A stretch of DNA of 64,000 nt. Origin: Tubiluchus corallicola (taxonomy: Eukaryota; Animalia; Priapulida). A program made the translations under genes and the position numbers. The stretch covers positions 170,586 to 234,585 of the forward strand of contig JAQGDQ010000364.1 in assembly GCA_030141605.1 (NCBI GenBank), read 5' to 3'. The notes beneath the pieces were generated by a model. That model saw nothing but the letters and a program-made list of their open reading frames with translations. It searched no databases and was not told the origin of the DNA. Each line of letters opens with the position of its first letter. The first letter of the stretch is position 1. Below are positions 22,728-36,200 of this stretch, in pieces.

Positions 22728-23155
22728 CACTCATATCGGTTTGCTGGACAAAAGCGGGGAGACGCCGGTCCGAATTTGCCAATTGTCTGTATTTTCTGAT
22801 ACTAAACTAATACAGTAGGCACAGTGTATTAGACTTACGGTAATGCGGAGTCAATCGTCTAATTGTCTTAAAAAACATCTAGTATGGGCCACTCCTATGC
22901 AAAAGTATACAAACACCGTACAAACCAGTTGACTCAAATAACTCCACACAGTTGATTCTATATTTTTATACATAGAGATACACATGTGGTTACACTGATC
23001 TAAGCGATGTAAACAAAGTGACGGTCCACCAACTAGCGGTCAGCTCGTGAAATAATGAACTGTGTCCGTATTATGTAGGACTTTTAACGGACCGGATTTT
23101 GTCCGAATTTTCCGATACCTGTAAAAGTGAGGTCCGGCAAATCGAAGTATGAGTG
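22728..23155 (+). mobile_element. Tc1/mariner-type MITE (CACTCATA TIR, TA TSD) in the probable NLK 3'UTR; partial copies at 28560-28760 (+) and 29168-29561 (-)
   Basis: TA|CACTCATATCGGTTTGCTGGAC ... GTCCGGCAAATCGAAGTATGAGTG|TA. Confidence 0.8.
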
Positions 23156-25252
23156 TAATTGTAAGGCCACGGTGGCAATGATTCGGTAGTTTTTATTTTT
23201 TGCTTTTTAATAAATAATTGACAATAAATTGGTGGCACAACATTGAAAATCTGATCTCAGAAGCAGAGAGCTAAAAGCACCCCTGCTTCTAAATCTGTAA
23301 GTGACTTTGTTAATTTTTCTTAAAACAGGGAAATCTATGCATTTTGCACTGAATGGACCAAAGTTGAAAGGTTGCTGCTATTGTGATCATTCGTGTTTAA
23401 AAGACGACGTACTTTACGTCAGCGACAACCTTGTTAGAGCAGTTTGTTTGTTTCTGTTTTGTAACGTCAAGAGATGTTTTTGTATTGTCTGTCTTATAGG
23501 TCATTTTCTCGTATTGTTGTGTCATATGAAATGCAAAGACTTTTTTGGCATTATTGATAGCTTAGCGGAACACCGCTTTATTGGTTTTATGAAAGTTTTG
23601 TTGCTTCTTTTCTAGTGGATTTTATAACAAAAACTCGAACTGCTATGATAATAGTCATTTTACTTACAAGCAGTCATGTATTTCATATTGGCATTAGTCG
23701 AAACAATAATTTTATAGTTTTTCTATTGTTATTAAGAATATCGCTAGATGTACATTGGTCGAATTCGTTTATTTTTAAACATTGAAGAATATTTGCCTCC
23801 GATAAAGACTGAAAATAATCAGTTTAACACTGTTTGCTACTTTAGTTGCAAATTACATGTTTGTCTGTGTTGCAATAAATAAACCCCATCTAAGTAACTG
23901 GCAAGTTTTTCTTTTGCGTTATTAAATTGTATATCATGCGTATGATACACACAATAAAATGTTTACTCGCATAAAAAATTATTTGTAGGACAAATTCCAT
24001 TTTGTGTCTTCGGAAATTTTTATTTTTAAGACGTAAAGGACTACCAAGCAACTCAGATGTTGCAAAAATCATCTCAACAGGATCTGTCAATGTGATTTCA
24101 AATAAATTGTGTGTGCAATGTGCTTTTGGTCATAACTTTTGTTGAATTTGTAAGCACTGTAGTGTCAGGCAGTATGAGGTTTTTAAAATTTTTAATTGTT
24201 CATAAGTATATCAAGCTTCCGTTTAGTTTTAATGATTTGACTGATTGTGTCAAATTTATGTTTTCTTACTACTGGCAATAGGTATTTACTGCATCGTCAG
24301 ACTTCTGCAGTTTCTTGATAATATGTGTAGCAGTTTTGTTATTTTCCACAACTCTATTGTTCACTGATTGCACTGTATAATTATTTTGAAATAAATTTGT
24401 AACAGAGCATTTGTAACAACGTAATATCATAATTTTTGCTTTTTATTGAACAAGTTTGCTAAAAAAAAGATAACAAATGATAAAATACAACAAGGATGGG
24501 CCTCAACAGTACATTTTATTGCACACCTTGAGGAGGTCTAAAACTCCTAGTCAATAAATTCTTTTGGTTGATTGGGCAGTTGTGTCTGGTGCATACTAGT
24601 AACTTGGCACAACCAATGTACAATGCGGGAACGGGCACTTTAAAGCCTTTCAAAACAACATCAGATTAGTAACACTTCCTGCCAACAGATAGCACCACAC
24701 ATTCACACCACTGATGTTGCCATCTGCTTATGTTATGCATAATTAAGAAAGCTAGAGTATATGAATTCTGCACAACTGTAACAGAAATCCACCAGACACA
24801 ACCAGTCAACCGAAAACTTATTAGTAAGAAGTTATAAACAATGGGAGGACGATGTTGTGAGAGTAACCATGATACTCTATTCAAGAGATAGCTACGATTT
24901 AACATTAAGAAATGCACCCTTTTTTGTAGAAGTTAGTTTTCACATTGAAAAATACAACTTTACACGACTATATTGGTGACAGTACAAATAAAATCGATAC
25001 GGGTGAGCTTGAATGAGCGAAGTGACAGTGAATTCTTAAAAGACTGAAACCTCTCTCCTTACTTCAACTCTCTCTCTCTTTACATCGCACATAATACAGC
25101 AGTGGTGGAGACTATTATTGTAATTTTCATGTTTGTCTAAGTTTGTGTGATTTGATTGTATTGTTTTTTTTTGTTTTTATGATGTTGTATGTTGTATTTA
25201 TGTAAATTATAATATGAACTTATGTTTGAAATAAAGAATTAAATCAATCAAT

Positions 25253-25256
<4 letters not shown>

Positions 25257-25310
<54 letters not shown>

Positions 25311-25346
25311 TCCCTCTCTGTCTCTCTCTCTCCACCTCTCTCTCTC
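25257..25346. repeat. (CT)n microsatellite
   Basis: Read directly. Confidence 0.95.
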
Positions 25347-25707
25347 ACTTGCTAGTACCCTACAAACCACACAATCAGGACTTTTACAGAAGATAAATAA
25401 AAAAACACAGCAATAAATCATTTCTCAATTGCACTTACATTTACAATTTCCCTGCAAATCATAGGCAAAAATGTCTAAACAGACTCCCATCTATGACTCT
25501 GTAGATCTGTTCAACTTCACTTTCAAGTCTTTCTTTGCACAAAACAAGAAAGACGCGAATATCAACCATCGACAAACGTCCCTGAGCAGCAAAAATGCTA
25601 AGGTTATAACACAGCCAAACTGATACCCAACTTACCTTTATAAGGTCTGACACTGTCAAAATAACGATCAATTTGCTAAATGTGAATGAACCCTGAAGGT
25701 TAGCTGC

Positions 25708-26234
25708 TTAAAGGAAGACCGGACGATTGTTTATACTCAATCTCATTTTGATTTACTGTCCAAAATATAGCTTTTCTTGAATATAAAAGTTAGCAATTGT
25801 TTCTTATATTTGAATAATTAGCTTAGAAAGTTAATTAACGACAACCGAACACAGCTATTGCTTACGTCAGAAACTAACCACTGTTTGTGCAATGACAGAC
25901 ATCGTTTGCGTAAGTGTTACAGTACAGCTTAAACGCATGATGTCACGAAAATGGGCTCTACGTCATATGATGCCAGAAACCAATATTGCAGTTCACGATC
26001 ATGCTTATCACGGTACCGCCTTCTATTTTTCGACTGTGACAAAAAGATGCCGTTGCCAATCTTAGTAGATTCACTGAGTCACGCGTACCTTTGAAAGTTT
26101 AACAAAATTGGAGTATCCGAGGTAATTATTATTTAAACTAAGCTTTGATTTACAAAAAGCTATTGTAGTTTTCAATATTTTAGAGCATTTTTATTCTGAA
26201 CTCGTGTTTACACAATCATCCGGTTTTCCTTTAA
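25708..26234 (+). mobile_element. Kolobok-like MITE, copy 2
   Basis: TTAAAGGAAGACCGGACGATTG ... CAATCATCCGGTTTTCCTTTAA. Confidence 0.85.
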
Positions 26235-26907
26235 TTAAAAATTTTAATACATACTGAAGTAATTTTCATTACAATTCACTAATATGTACAAAGCTTAAAG
26301 ATTTATTCACTTGCTCATCAACCAGTAAGGGTGCTCGGTAAAAACAATAATAAAATCTCATCTCTTGACAATGAAACTATTTACATTCTGAAAAAATGCT
26401 ATAATAACTGAACTATCAGAATAGCTACAACAGAACTATTGCATCACGGGCATGCTAATCGGGAAAGCAAATGCTTTCTGAAGCTGCCAGAAACTACTTC
26501 GCCAGTAAACCCATTATGGTCGACATACTTGCAATCACCAAGCAGAAAAAACCACCAAACAACACAACAAGAGCTGTGCCAGAGAGCTTCAATGGAGCAA
26601 TTAAAAATAAAAATGTAAAGAATAACATCTATTACAGCCCATTAGTAGTATTACAATAACAAAGAATACGAAAATACCTTATGCAAGTTCGCCTTAAAAA
26701 GACATTTCTTAAAAACAAGCTAACAATCAGTTGTAACTGCGGTTTAAGCTAAAAAAATCACGCTTAACATTCCGCTAAATTCCGCTTAACATACACACTT
26801 ATAATACAGACTTAACATACACACTTTATATAATTTCTGCATAAACACGTATTCACTATATTCGACACGGTGCAAAAAAGTTCCCTAATTTTCCTATCAC
26901 ATAGTTC

Positions 26908-27220
26908 TCACTCGGTCTTAACCCGTTTTGCACGTTCCTCGTCACCGGCGAAACGAGCCGACAATATTTTAACGGCTCCAAACATCATTTTCTTGAACCA
27001 GTATAAGTTCAACACGTCCAGTACGAAGCAGCAAGCCATCATGATGTAAGGCATGTATGTTAAATGGTTCCAAGCCGGCGTGGGAAGTGCCGATATCACA
27101 TAGTACCAATAGAACGGTATTAGCATCACTCGACAGAGGAAGAAAACGACGACCATTAGCAGCCCATTTATCACGTATGCCGTAGAGGTTCTACTGTACC
27201 CCAAAACGTCTAAAAACCAC
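26908..27220 (-). CDS. TLCD4: TLCD4 last coding exon (WFLDVLGY...KRVKTE*)
   Basis: tacag| acceptor, 313 nt, two hydrophobic helices, TGA stop. Confidence 0.92.
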
Positions 27221-30200
27221 CTGTAATACAGCGATTGGTTTTATGTTGAAATGCCGTTGCTAATATGAAAACACAACTACGGGTATAGCCGACGACTTGC
27301 GACCACAATTGGGTCCAGCCGACCAGTCGTAAAATGACTTGGATGTAAGTCTGATCCGTGTGCTCAAGAGGCGTGCACCTACACGTCAGATGTCATTTGG
27401 GTACGTTCCCGTACATTTGGGTACGTCCCCGTACACACAGAAAGTACAGCAGGGCCTATGGCGAATTTATCGCGCAGACTGGCTCCCAACACTGCAACAC
27501 ATTTGTCTGTCTTTAAAGACTAGAGTTCAATACTTTAGTCTTTTTTTAACCAACGTCACAAGCTAATTGAAAAAAATACTAATTACTGTAAAGTATAAGT
27601 AAGCTTAGTTTTACCATACTTTGCACTATTACGTTTAATCAGAGTTGACAATGTTTGCACAGGCGACTTAAAATTGATTTGCTTAAAAGCAGGAAGAAGA
27701 ATATACGAGTTATAATAACTTTTCCACAATTAATTAATTAAGTTGTAGTCGGGTAGTAAAGAGTAATAGGACTTCATAAGTTGCATGTGGCGTACGTCGA
27801 CGACTACCTATGTATCAAAGCTGCGTTTTTATTTTATAATGAAGAGTTTAAATTTACCTTTTAGTTGATAACAACAATACTCACTAATGAAATGGCAAAT
27901 TTTGCATAAGAATCAGTAGTTATCATCACTGGGAAGTTAGTTAGAACAACTGCACTTTTCTGTTGTTGCATTTGTCTAGTTATTCTTCTAACTATAACTC
28001 GTCACCCCGAGTAGCCAACAGGACTGTTTGTAATAGAATTATATAAAAAGCAAACCGCCTTGTGCCCCCCTCAGATCAGTGAAATTTGATTTGCGACTTA
28101 TTCTGAATTTGGTTAGTGGGCCTGCAGATTGACAGGAAGCATGTACAGACAACTGCCAAACCATTTTACATTCTCCATTCTGACACGTGCCAGTTGACGA
28201 CATATTCTTATATTCAACAATAGAAATGCAGCGAAAACAAGCAAAATGATCCAGTTCAATTACAGCCACAGATCTACGCGGAAACAGGTTTGATTACCTC
28301 ATGTGTTGGTAAAAGCATTAAATTCTAAGAAACTATAGCACTCCCACGGTATTGTGCATTGACACGACTTGTGTACAGTGATAAGAATGACAAATTGCGA
28401 AAAACTCTTAAACAGGCCGGTGGTTTGGAGGCCACTTGGAGCCAGCAACAAATTGCAATTTTGGGACCATAGAGAACCTCTAAGTGGACTTAAAATATCA
28501 GTTACCTTGTTTCATGCATAACTGAATAATACCCAACTATCAAGGACACATGATACCTAATTGTCTCAAAAACGCCTAAGTACGCCCCTATGCAAAAGTA
28601 TATAAAAACTGTCTGCAATTGACTCAAATAACTCTGCACAATTGATTCTATATTTTTATACATAGTGATATACATGTGGTTACACTGATGTACGTGATGT
28701 AAACAAAGTGACGGCCTGCCAACTAGCAGTCAGTTTGTGAAATAATGTACTGGGTCAGTAAAAATTTTCTCAACGAATTTACGCGATTTACAAAAATGGC
28801 ACTACTGGTCTTCCAAAAACTTGGAATTCTGCGTATCCGCAGAAAACTCTCATCCCTGCTTCAGTGTATCAACTGTGCATTGCATTCTTCAAGCTGCTAT
28901 ACACAAACAGAAAGCAAACTGTCGGCCTTTGTGCCAATGTGCCGAGTTCGTAGTTTACTATCACCCTTTTTCGAAAAAATTGTTCTAAGCATTATAGGGA
29001 AACATTCGGTTTGATTAGTATAGTTTTTATCGAATGTGACAATTGTCAAAAAAGTAACTTTGGTATACGAAACGTTCACTGAGCCTTCCTTGAGTGATTA
29101 TGATTGAAGTTTACCGCACCAGACTTTTATTACTGACATCCGAAGAAAAAATTCGGTGATGCGCATACACTCATATGTAATACCTAGATTTGCCGGACCT
29201 TGCTTTTACGGATATCAGGAGAATCGGACAAAACCTTAGACCGCACAAAAAGTCCCACATTCAATGGACACAGTCCACTGTTTCGCAAGCTGGCTGCTAG
29301 TCGGCGGGCCGTCAATTTGCTCACATCATTACATCAGTGTTACCACGTGTATATCTCTATATATAAAATATAGAGTCAATTACGCAGAGTTATTTGAATC
29401 AATTGCCGACAGTTTTTATACACTTATGCATAGGAGCGGCTCGTACTAGACGTTTCTGAAACAATTAGTCGATTTAGTCTACATTATCGTGAGTCTACTA
29501 CACGACGCCTGCTGTGTTAGCATAATATCGGTAAATACAGACAATCGGCAATTTCGGACCGATGGTAATTTTTATGATTTAAAACATCCTTTTAATGTTA
29601 GAAATAATATTTTTAATATATTTTTATACATTTTGTGATTTTTTTATTCAAAATTCATCAAATCTATACATTACTGTACAATACGTACTATGCATGTGCA
29701 AAAATACTTTAGATGGAGTACCGCAAAAACCCACGAAACAGCGAAAATACCGCGAAAAATATTTTACATTAATATTTTTGAAAACCCGCGAAACAGCAAG
29801 TCCGCGATAAACGAACCGCGAAGTAGCGAGGAAACATTGTATTCAGTAACAGCCCTTAACAAGTAACAAGTACCTCTGATTAACGAACGGTGTAGATAGC
29901 TCTGCAAGCAGCCTTAAGTTGCCATACCATGGTAGAATACCAATCATCTGAAAATGCAAACGGAAAATCACAGCCCAACACACCTAGCATAAAAGCACTT
30001 AGGCCTGTAATAACACAGTAAGTTCTCGCTTAACGATTCCCCGTTTAGCGCTGCTACTTTTTAACATTGAACATTTGACACATTTTTCTCACGTGCGTTT
30101 CATTTTAAAGATGAATTTTTTTAGTATGCTCCTACCGATTTTTTATTCTATCAACAACTTTTTTACGTAATTTGAGGCATTAAAATGGAACATATTGCAT

Positions 30201-33200
30201 TATTCTGTTCTAAAAATGCATTAGTAACCTAAACTGTGTAATTATTATAATGTTTTTGCTCTCCGCCTGACTACGTACTGAATTCTAGCGAAATTATTTG
30301 CCAGTTTATAGGCCTCCAGACACCCGCAGACAGATTTATGCAAAGGAATTTTGTCTGCAACCTGTTGCTATTACTACTACGCGAAGTTCTTTCAAACTCA
30401 CTACGCAAGCATGCAGTGTTTAAAAGATAGCTGCTTATATATACGATGTTAAGGAAAGAGAAACTGCAAGCAAATCTAGCTAGATATTGGCAAGAAAGAT
30501 AGGTGGTTTCAAGCAAACAGAAAGAAATTAATTACTCATAAAATGTTTAATTTATAATTATTGATTTTTGCGACTGAAACGAACCTCAGAGATCTTTTAC
30601 ATTACTTTCTACGGAAGTCTTGGCTTCGTTTAACGATGTTTCTCTTGATGTCGCATTTTGCTGGAACACATTAGCGTCGTTATGCATGGTCTCACTATAC
30701 TTCAGTGTATCCATGCATCTTGATATCTTTTATTACGATATGCATATCGTCAAAGTGGTAATCTGAGTCAACGATATTTTGCAATTTAATTTCATTTTGT
30801 TTTTCATAAATCTGCAGACGATAGCTTATGTGAATCGAGATACGGGTTGTATCGTCAGTTTAGATGCATGATATGCATCGTACTGTCAGTTTAGATTCAT
30901 GATACACGTCGTATCATCAGTTTAGATGCATGATATCCATCGTATCGTCAGTTTAGATGCATGATACCCATCGTATTGTCAGTTTAGATTCATGATATGT
31001 GTCGTATCGTCAGTTTAGATTCATGATATGTGTCGTATTGTCAGTTTAGATTCATGATACGCGTCGTGCCATCAGTTTATATGCATGATTGTATCGTCAG
31101 TTTAGATTCATGATATGAGTTGTATCGTCAGTTTAGATGCATGATTGTATTGTCAGTTTAGATTCACGATATGAGTTGTATCGTCAGTTTAGATTCATGA
31201 TATGAGTTGTATCGTCAGTTTAGATTCATGATATGAGTTGTATCGTCAGTTTAGATGCATGATTGTATCGTCAGTTTAGATTCATGATATGAGTTGTATC
31301 GTCAGTTTAGATTCATGATATGAGTTGTATCGTCAGTTTAGATTCACGATATGAGTTGTATCGTCAGTTTAGATTCATGATATGAGTTGTATCGTCAGTT
31401 TAGATGCATGATTGTATCGTCAGTTTAGATTCATGATATGAGTTGTATCGTCAGTTTAGATTCATGATATGAGTTGTATCGTCAGTTTAGATGCATGATT
31501 GTATCGTCAGTTTAGATTCATGATATGAGTTGTATCGTCAGTTTAGATTCATGATATGAGTTGTATCGTCAGTTTAGATTCACGATATGAGTTGTATCGT
31601 CAGTTTAGATTCATGATATGAGTTGTATCGTCAGTTTAGATGCATGATTGTATCGTCAGTTTAGATTCATGATATGAGTTGTATCGTCAGTTTAGATTCA
31701 TGATATGAGTTGTATCGTCAGTTTAGATTCACGATATGAGTTGTATCGTCAGTTTAGATTCATGATATGAGTTGTATTGTCAGTTTAGATTCATGATATG
31801 AGTTGTATCGTCAGTTTAGATTCATGATATGAGTCGTATCGTCAGTTTAGATTCATGATATGAGTTGTATCGTCAGTTTAAATTCACGATATGAGTTGTA
31901 TCGTCAGTTTAGATTCATGATATGAGTTGTATCGTCAGTTTAGATTCATGATATGAGTTGTATCGTCAGTTTAGATTCATGATATGAGTTGTATCGTCAG
32001 TTTAGATTCATGATATGAGTCGTATCGTCAGTTTAGATTCATGATATGAGTTGTATCGTCAGTTTAGATGCATGATTGTATCGTCAGTTTAGATGCATGA
32101 TTGTATCGTCAGTTTAGATTCATGATATGAGTTGTATCGTCAGTTTAGATTCATGATATGAGTTGTATCGTCAGTTTAGATTCATGATATGAGTCGTATC
32201 GTCAGTTTAGATTCATGATATGAGTTGTATCGTCAGTTTAGATTCATGATATGTGTCGTATTGTCAGTTTAGATTCACGATATGAGTTGTATCGTCAGTT
32301 TAGATGCATGATTGTATCGTCAGTTTAGATTCATGATATGAGTTGTATCGTCAGTTTAGATTCATGATTGTATCGTCAGTTTAGATTCATGATATGAGTT
32401 GTATCGTCAGTTTAGATTCATGATACACATCGTATTGTCAGTTTAGATTCATGATACGCATCGTATTGCCAGTTTAGATTCATGATACGCATCATATTGC
32501 CAGTTTAGATTCATGATATGCAGCGTATCGTCAGCTTACATTCACGATATGCATCGTATTGTCAGTTTAGATTCATGAAATGTATCATATAGTCAGTTTA
32601 GATTTATGATACGCATCGTATCATCAGTTTAGATTCACGATATGTATCGTATCGTGACTTATGTCTATCATTGCAGCCCTAGACGCGTTGAACAGTAATT
32701 ACAAAATTAAATTGCTATAACGACTCCATTGACAGTGGTTATATAAGTAAGAGGGTTCATAAAAGTTTTCCAAAATAGCAGTTGGCAAGTTATTACACTG
32801 ACTGGCTTTGAAAACTGAAACACGTTTGTCTATGTCTTGAAAGGCCACCGTTCAACACATCCGGTCAAATCATCTTTTTTAACCAACCTCACGAGTTAGT
32901 CGAAAAAATATCCAGGCTACTCTAGTTGTTCTAAAATATATGCAAATTTGGTTTTGCCATACTTTACACTATAGTACCTAGTTGGCAATGTGAAATGAGC
33001 TTAAAGTTCAAAACATTACAAGTCAAATCAAATGAAATCATTTTTTCTGCAAAAAAAACAAACAACACGCAAAAACAAATTCCTAACAAAAGTGGATGGG
33101 AGGAGGGCGATAAACAAACTTTATCGAATCAGCCGCCCCACATCGTTTTCTGGATAGTTAATGAGCAGTGCCAGACGATCTACAACTTAGTATGAAAAAG

Positions 33201-36200
33201 TGTCACAAGATGGTGCTTGTGTATTTTCCTCAGTTTGATATCATTAATTATTATTCATTTATCAGTTACTTCCACTTATGATAAAGAGGATCTGTTTCGC
33301 ATCAGAGACATATGTGGTGACATGACATACTTGCCCAAATAATAAATTACAAATTAATTATGAATCAAACAAATAATTAAAATAATAGCAAATCAGCAAA
33401 GCAAAAAACTATAATGTTCATAAAGTAGATTAATTTGACATTAAAAAAGAGAACAACTCCTTGTTAATCGTAAAACTAAAAGTGCGGTTTGAAAAAACCG
33501 TTGGTCCTCTCCAGCTTCGAACCCCCCTCCCCCCAAGAGCAAATATTAGCACAGCTTACTCACCATTACATAAGCATAAGAATACATAGCTGCTATATGG
33601 TGATAAACAAACGATAAATCTCCTATAGACCTCCATAGGATTAACCAAATATCTAAAATAACAGAGAAGTCAGACAAAAATGGTAGAAAAGAACTGTTTT
33701 AATCGGCATTCTCTTCAATTTTCCCCACCAATTTGTCTTATCCAAATGAAAAGCTTGATAAAGAAGCCAAGATATTGGTACTACAGCACTTCTGAGAGTC
33801 ACAGATGATCAAAACAAACACAAAATGTAGTTTACGGCCGTTAATGCATTTGAAAAAGTTATTTAATGGCACAATTTACGAAAAGTACTAAACACTTTGT
33901 TACAAGGGTAATGCAACATGCGTACATGATTAAAGGAAAACCGGACGATTGTTTACACGCAATCTCATTTTAATTGACTGCCTAAAATATACATTTTCTT
34001 GCCTATAAAGTTGTGAAAAACTGTGTTAGTTGTCACAAAAATCGCCTTCGTCTAGTTTGCATCGAAAATTATTGACGCATTGAGCACTTTCTGTTAATTT
34101 TAACAACAGTAACATACGAAATATTTACTTTTTGTCATGCTCATGTGATAGTTCTGTACATAACTGATAGCGTTTGTTGCCAGCTAATTTGTGTTAGGGT
34201 TAGGCTCTACTGGCCTTTTTTATATTTGGAAAAATGAAAGGATAACCGGACGATTGCTAAGACTCAATCTCATTTTAATTTACTGTCCAAAATATACATT
34301 TTCTTGCTGATAAAAGTTAGCAATTGTCTCCTATATTTGAATAATTAGCTTAGAAAGTTAATTTACGGCAACCGAACACAGATGTTGTTTACATCAGAAA
34401 CTAACCACAGTTTTAGTTTGTGCAATGGCAGGCATCTTCCCTTGTGCATCAAGCGCATTTGCATAGGCGTTACAGTACTGTTTAAGCGCATGATGTCAGG
34501 CAAAATGGGCTTTACATAATATGACGTCAGAAGCTAATACTACAGTTCATGATCATGCTTATCATGGTACCGCCTTCTATTTGTCGGCCAGGCGAATGTG
34601 ACAAAAAGGCGCCACTGCCAATTTTAGTAGATCCACTGAGCCGCGTGTAGCTTTGAAAGTTTAACGAAATCTGAGTATCCACGGTAATTATTATTTAATC
34701 TAAGCTTTGATTTAAAAAACGATTATAATTTTCAATATTTTACGACATTCTTTATTCTGAACTAATGTTTACACAATCGTCTGGTTTTCCTTTAATAACA
34801 TACCAAAAAGAAAGAAAAAAAACAATTTTTAGCTGTAAGTATCAAAACTAGAGCTGAGAATTTTCTTTTCTAACTCCAAAAAGGTCAAAAATATACAATA
34901 TATTACATATGTGTGCTTGCATAGCAAAATTGTCCATAAGTCAGCATTAAGCTTTTCTAGTGATTCACATTTTCTGCATCGCCATTTCATGACGATGATT
35001 TTGATACCAAGTTCATCACTCTGTTATTTCTAAGCAGAGATAATCTACATGGAAGTTGAGGTGCAGGCTGCGCACTGAAAAACATAATCTTGAGAAAATT
35101 GCTGTTAAAGTCAGCCATTGTTTTTTTTCGAGTTTCTACAAAACACTTAGCAACCGCACAAATGTTGGTTGCTATGGAATACAGTAGATGGCTCTTCCTG
35201 ACATAGGTCTGAGCTTGGCAACAGAAAAAAACAGAAGCAAAATAAAGGCTTCCACGAGGTACAGTCGAAGTTTGAAAATACTAGTTTTTTTACAATTGCA
35301 GTACTAGTTTCTAGCCAGAAAAATGGGTATGGGGTTATAAAATTAGATTTTTAGTATTTTTTTAACATTTTCTTGATAATCTGATGCCAAAATATAAAAA
35401 TCCAATATGTTTAACGTTTGTTTTTTTATAAAAAACAAAAAAATTGACATTTAGCCTGTAGTGGGTGCATAGGCCCTTTTTCGGGTTTAATTTAGTTTTC
35501 AATTACTGCCAGTGCTGCTACCTGTTTGTTGATTTAGTAAGCATTTAGTTTTTCATAGTAGTCACTTTCTTAAATTTGAAGCATCTAATATCCTTCAATA
35601 CATTAGCATTTTGGCTTTTCGTGAGCTATGGCTGTAATAGTTGTGTGATATCTCTCCGCCATTGCTCTATTTTCTTAGGCATTGTGACTGTGAATTTCTT
35701 ACAAATTTATTGTTGTTCGTAAGGTTACTTGGAGTTCTAATTCCTGTCTTTGTAACTGTTACAGGCTCTAACAACAATAAACAAACTTTTGGTTAACACA
35801 TTAAGCTGGCGTTTGTGTCCATTTCATAGCCAAATTTTTCGTCTATTCTACTTTGAAGCATCATAACGCAGTTTTAACTAAGCCGACTTACGGACAGTTT
35901 TGATTTCCAAGCGTGCATATAATAATTGCTTTTAGCATTATTAATATACTTAAATGTGAGCTTGAAACCTTTATCTGCTCTCCATTTTATCGATTCTAAC
36001 ACGTTCTGCACAAATTGGTTGTCCTGTACGTCACAATAATTAAAAAAACATTTGGAAATCGTACCTACTATTGAATATCCAATAAGAACAGCGACGAGTG
36101 TCCGTAGCAATGGACTATCACAGCTAGAAAAAAACCACGAATCATATACTGCACACTGTAGCACAGGGGTGTACAAATTATCTGACTAGCCGGGCCACAT

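Noticed and set aside
30835-32655. CRISPR-like appearance of the regular 31-bp array (also the 61-bp and 41-bp arrays)
   Set aside because: Units are head-to-tail with no unique spacers, there are no cas genes, and the context is a eukaryotic intron.
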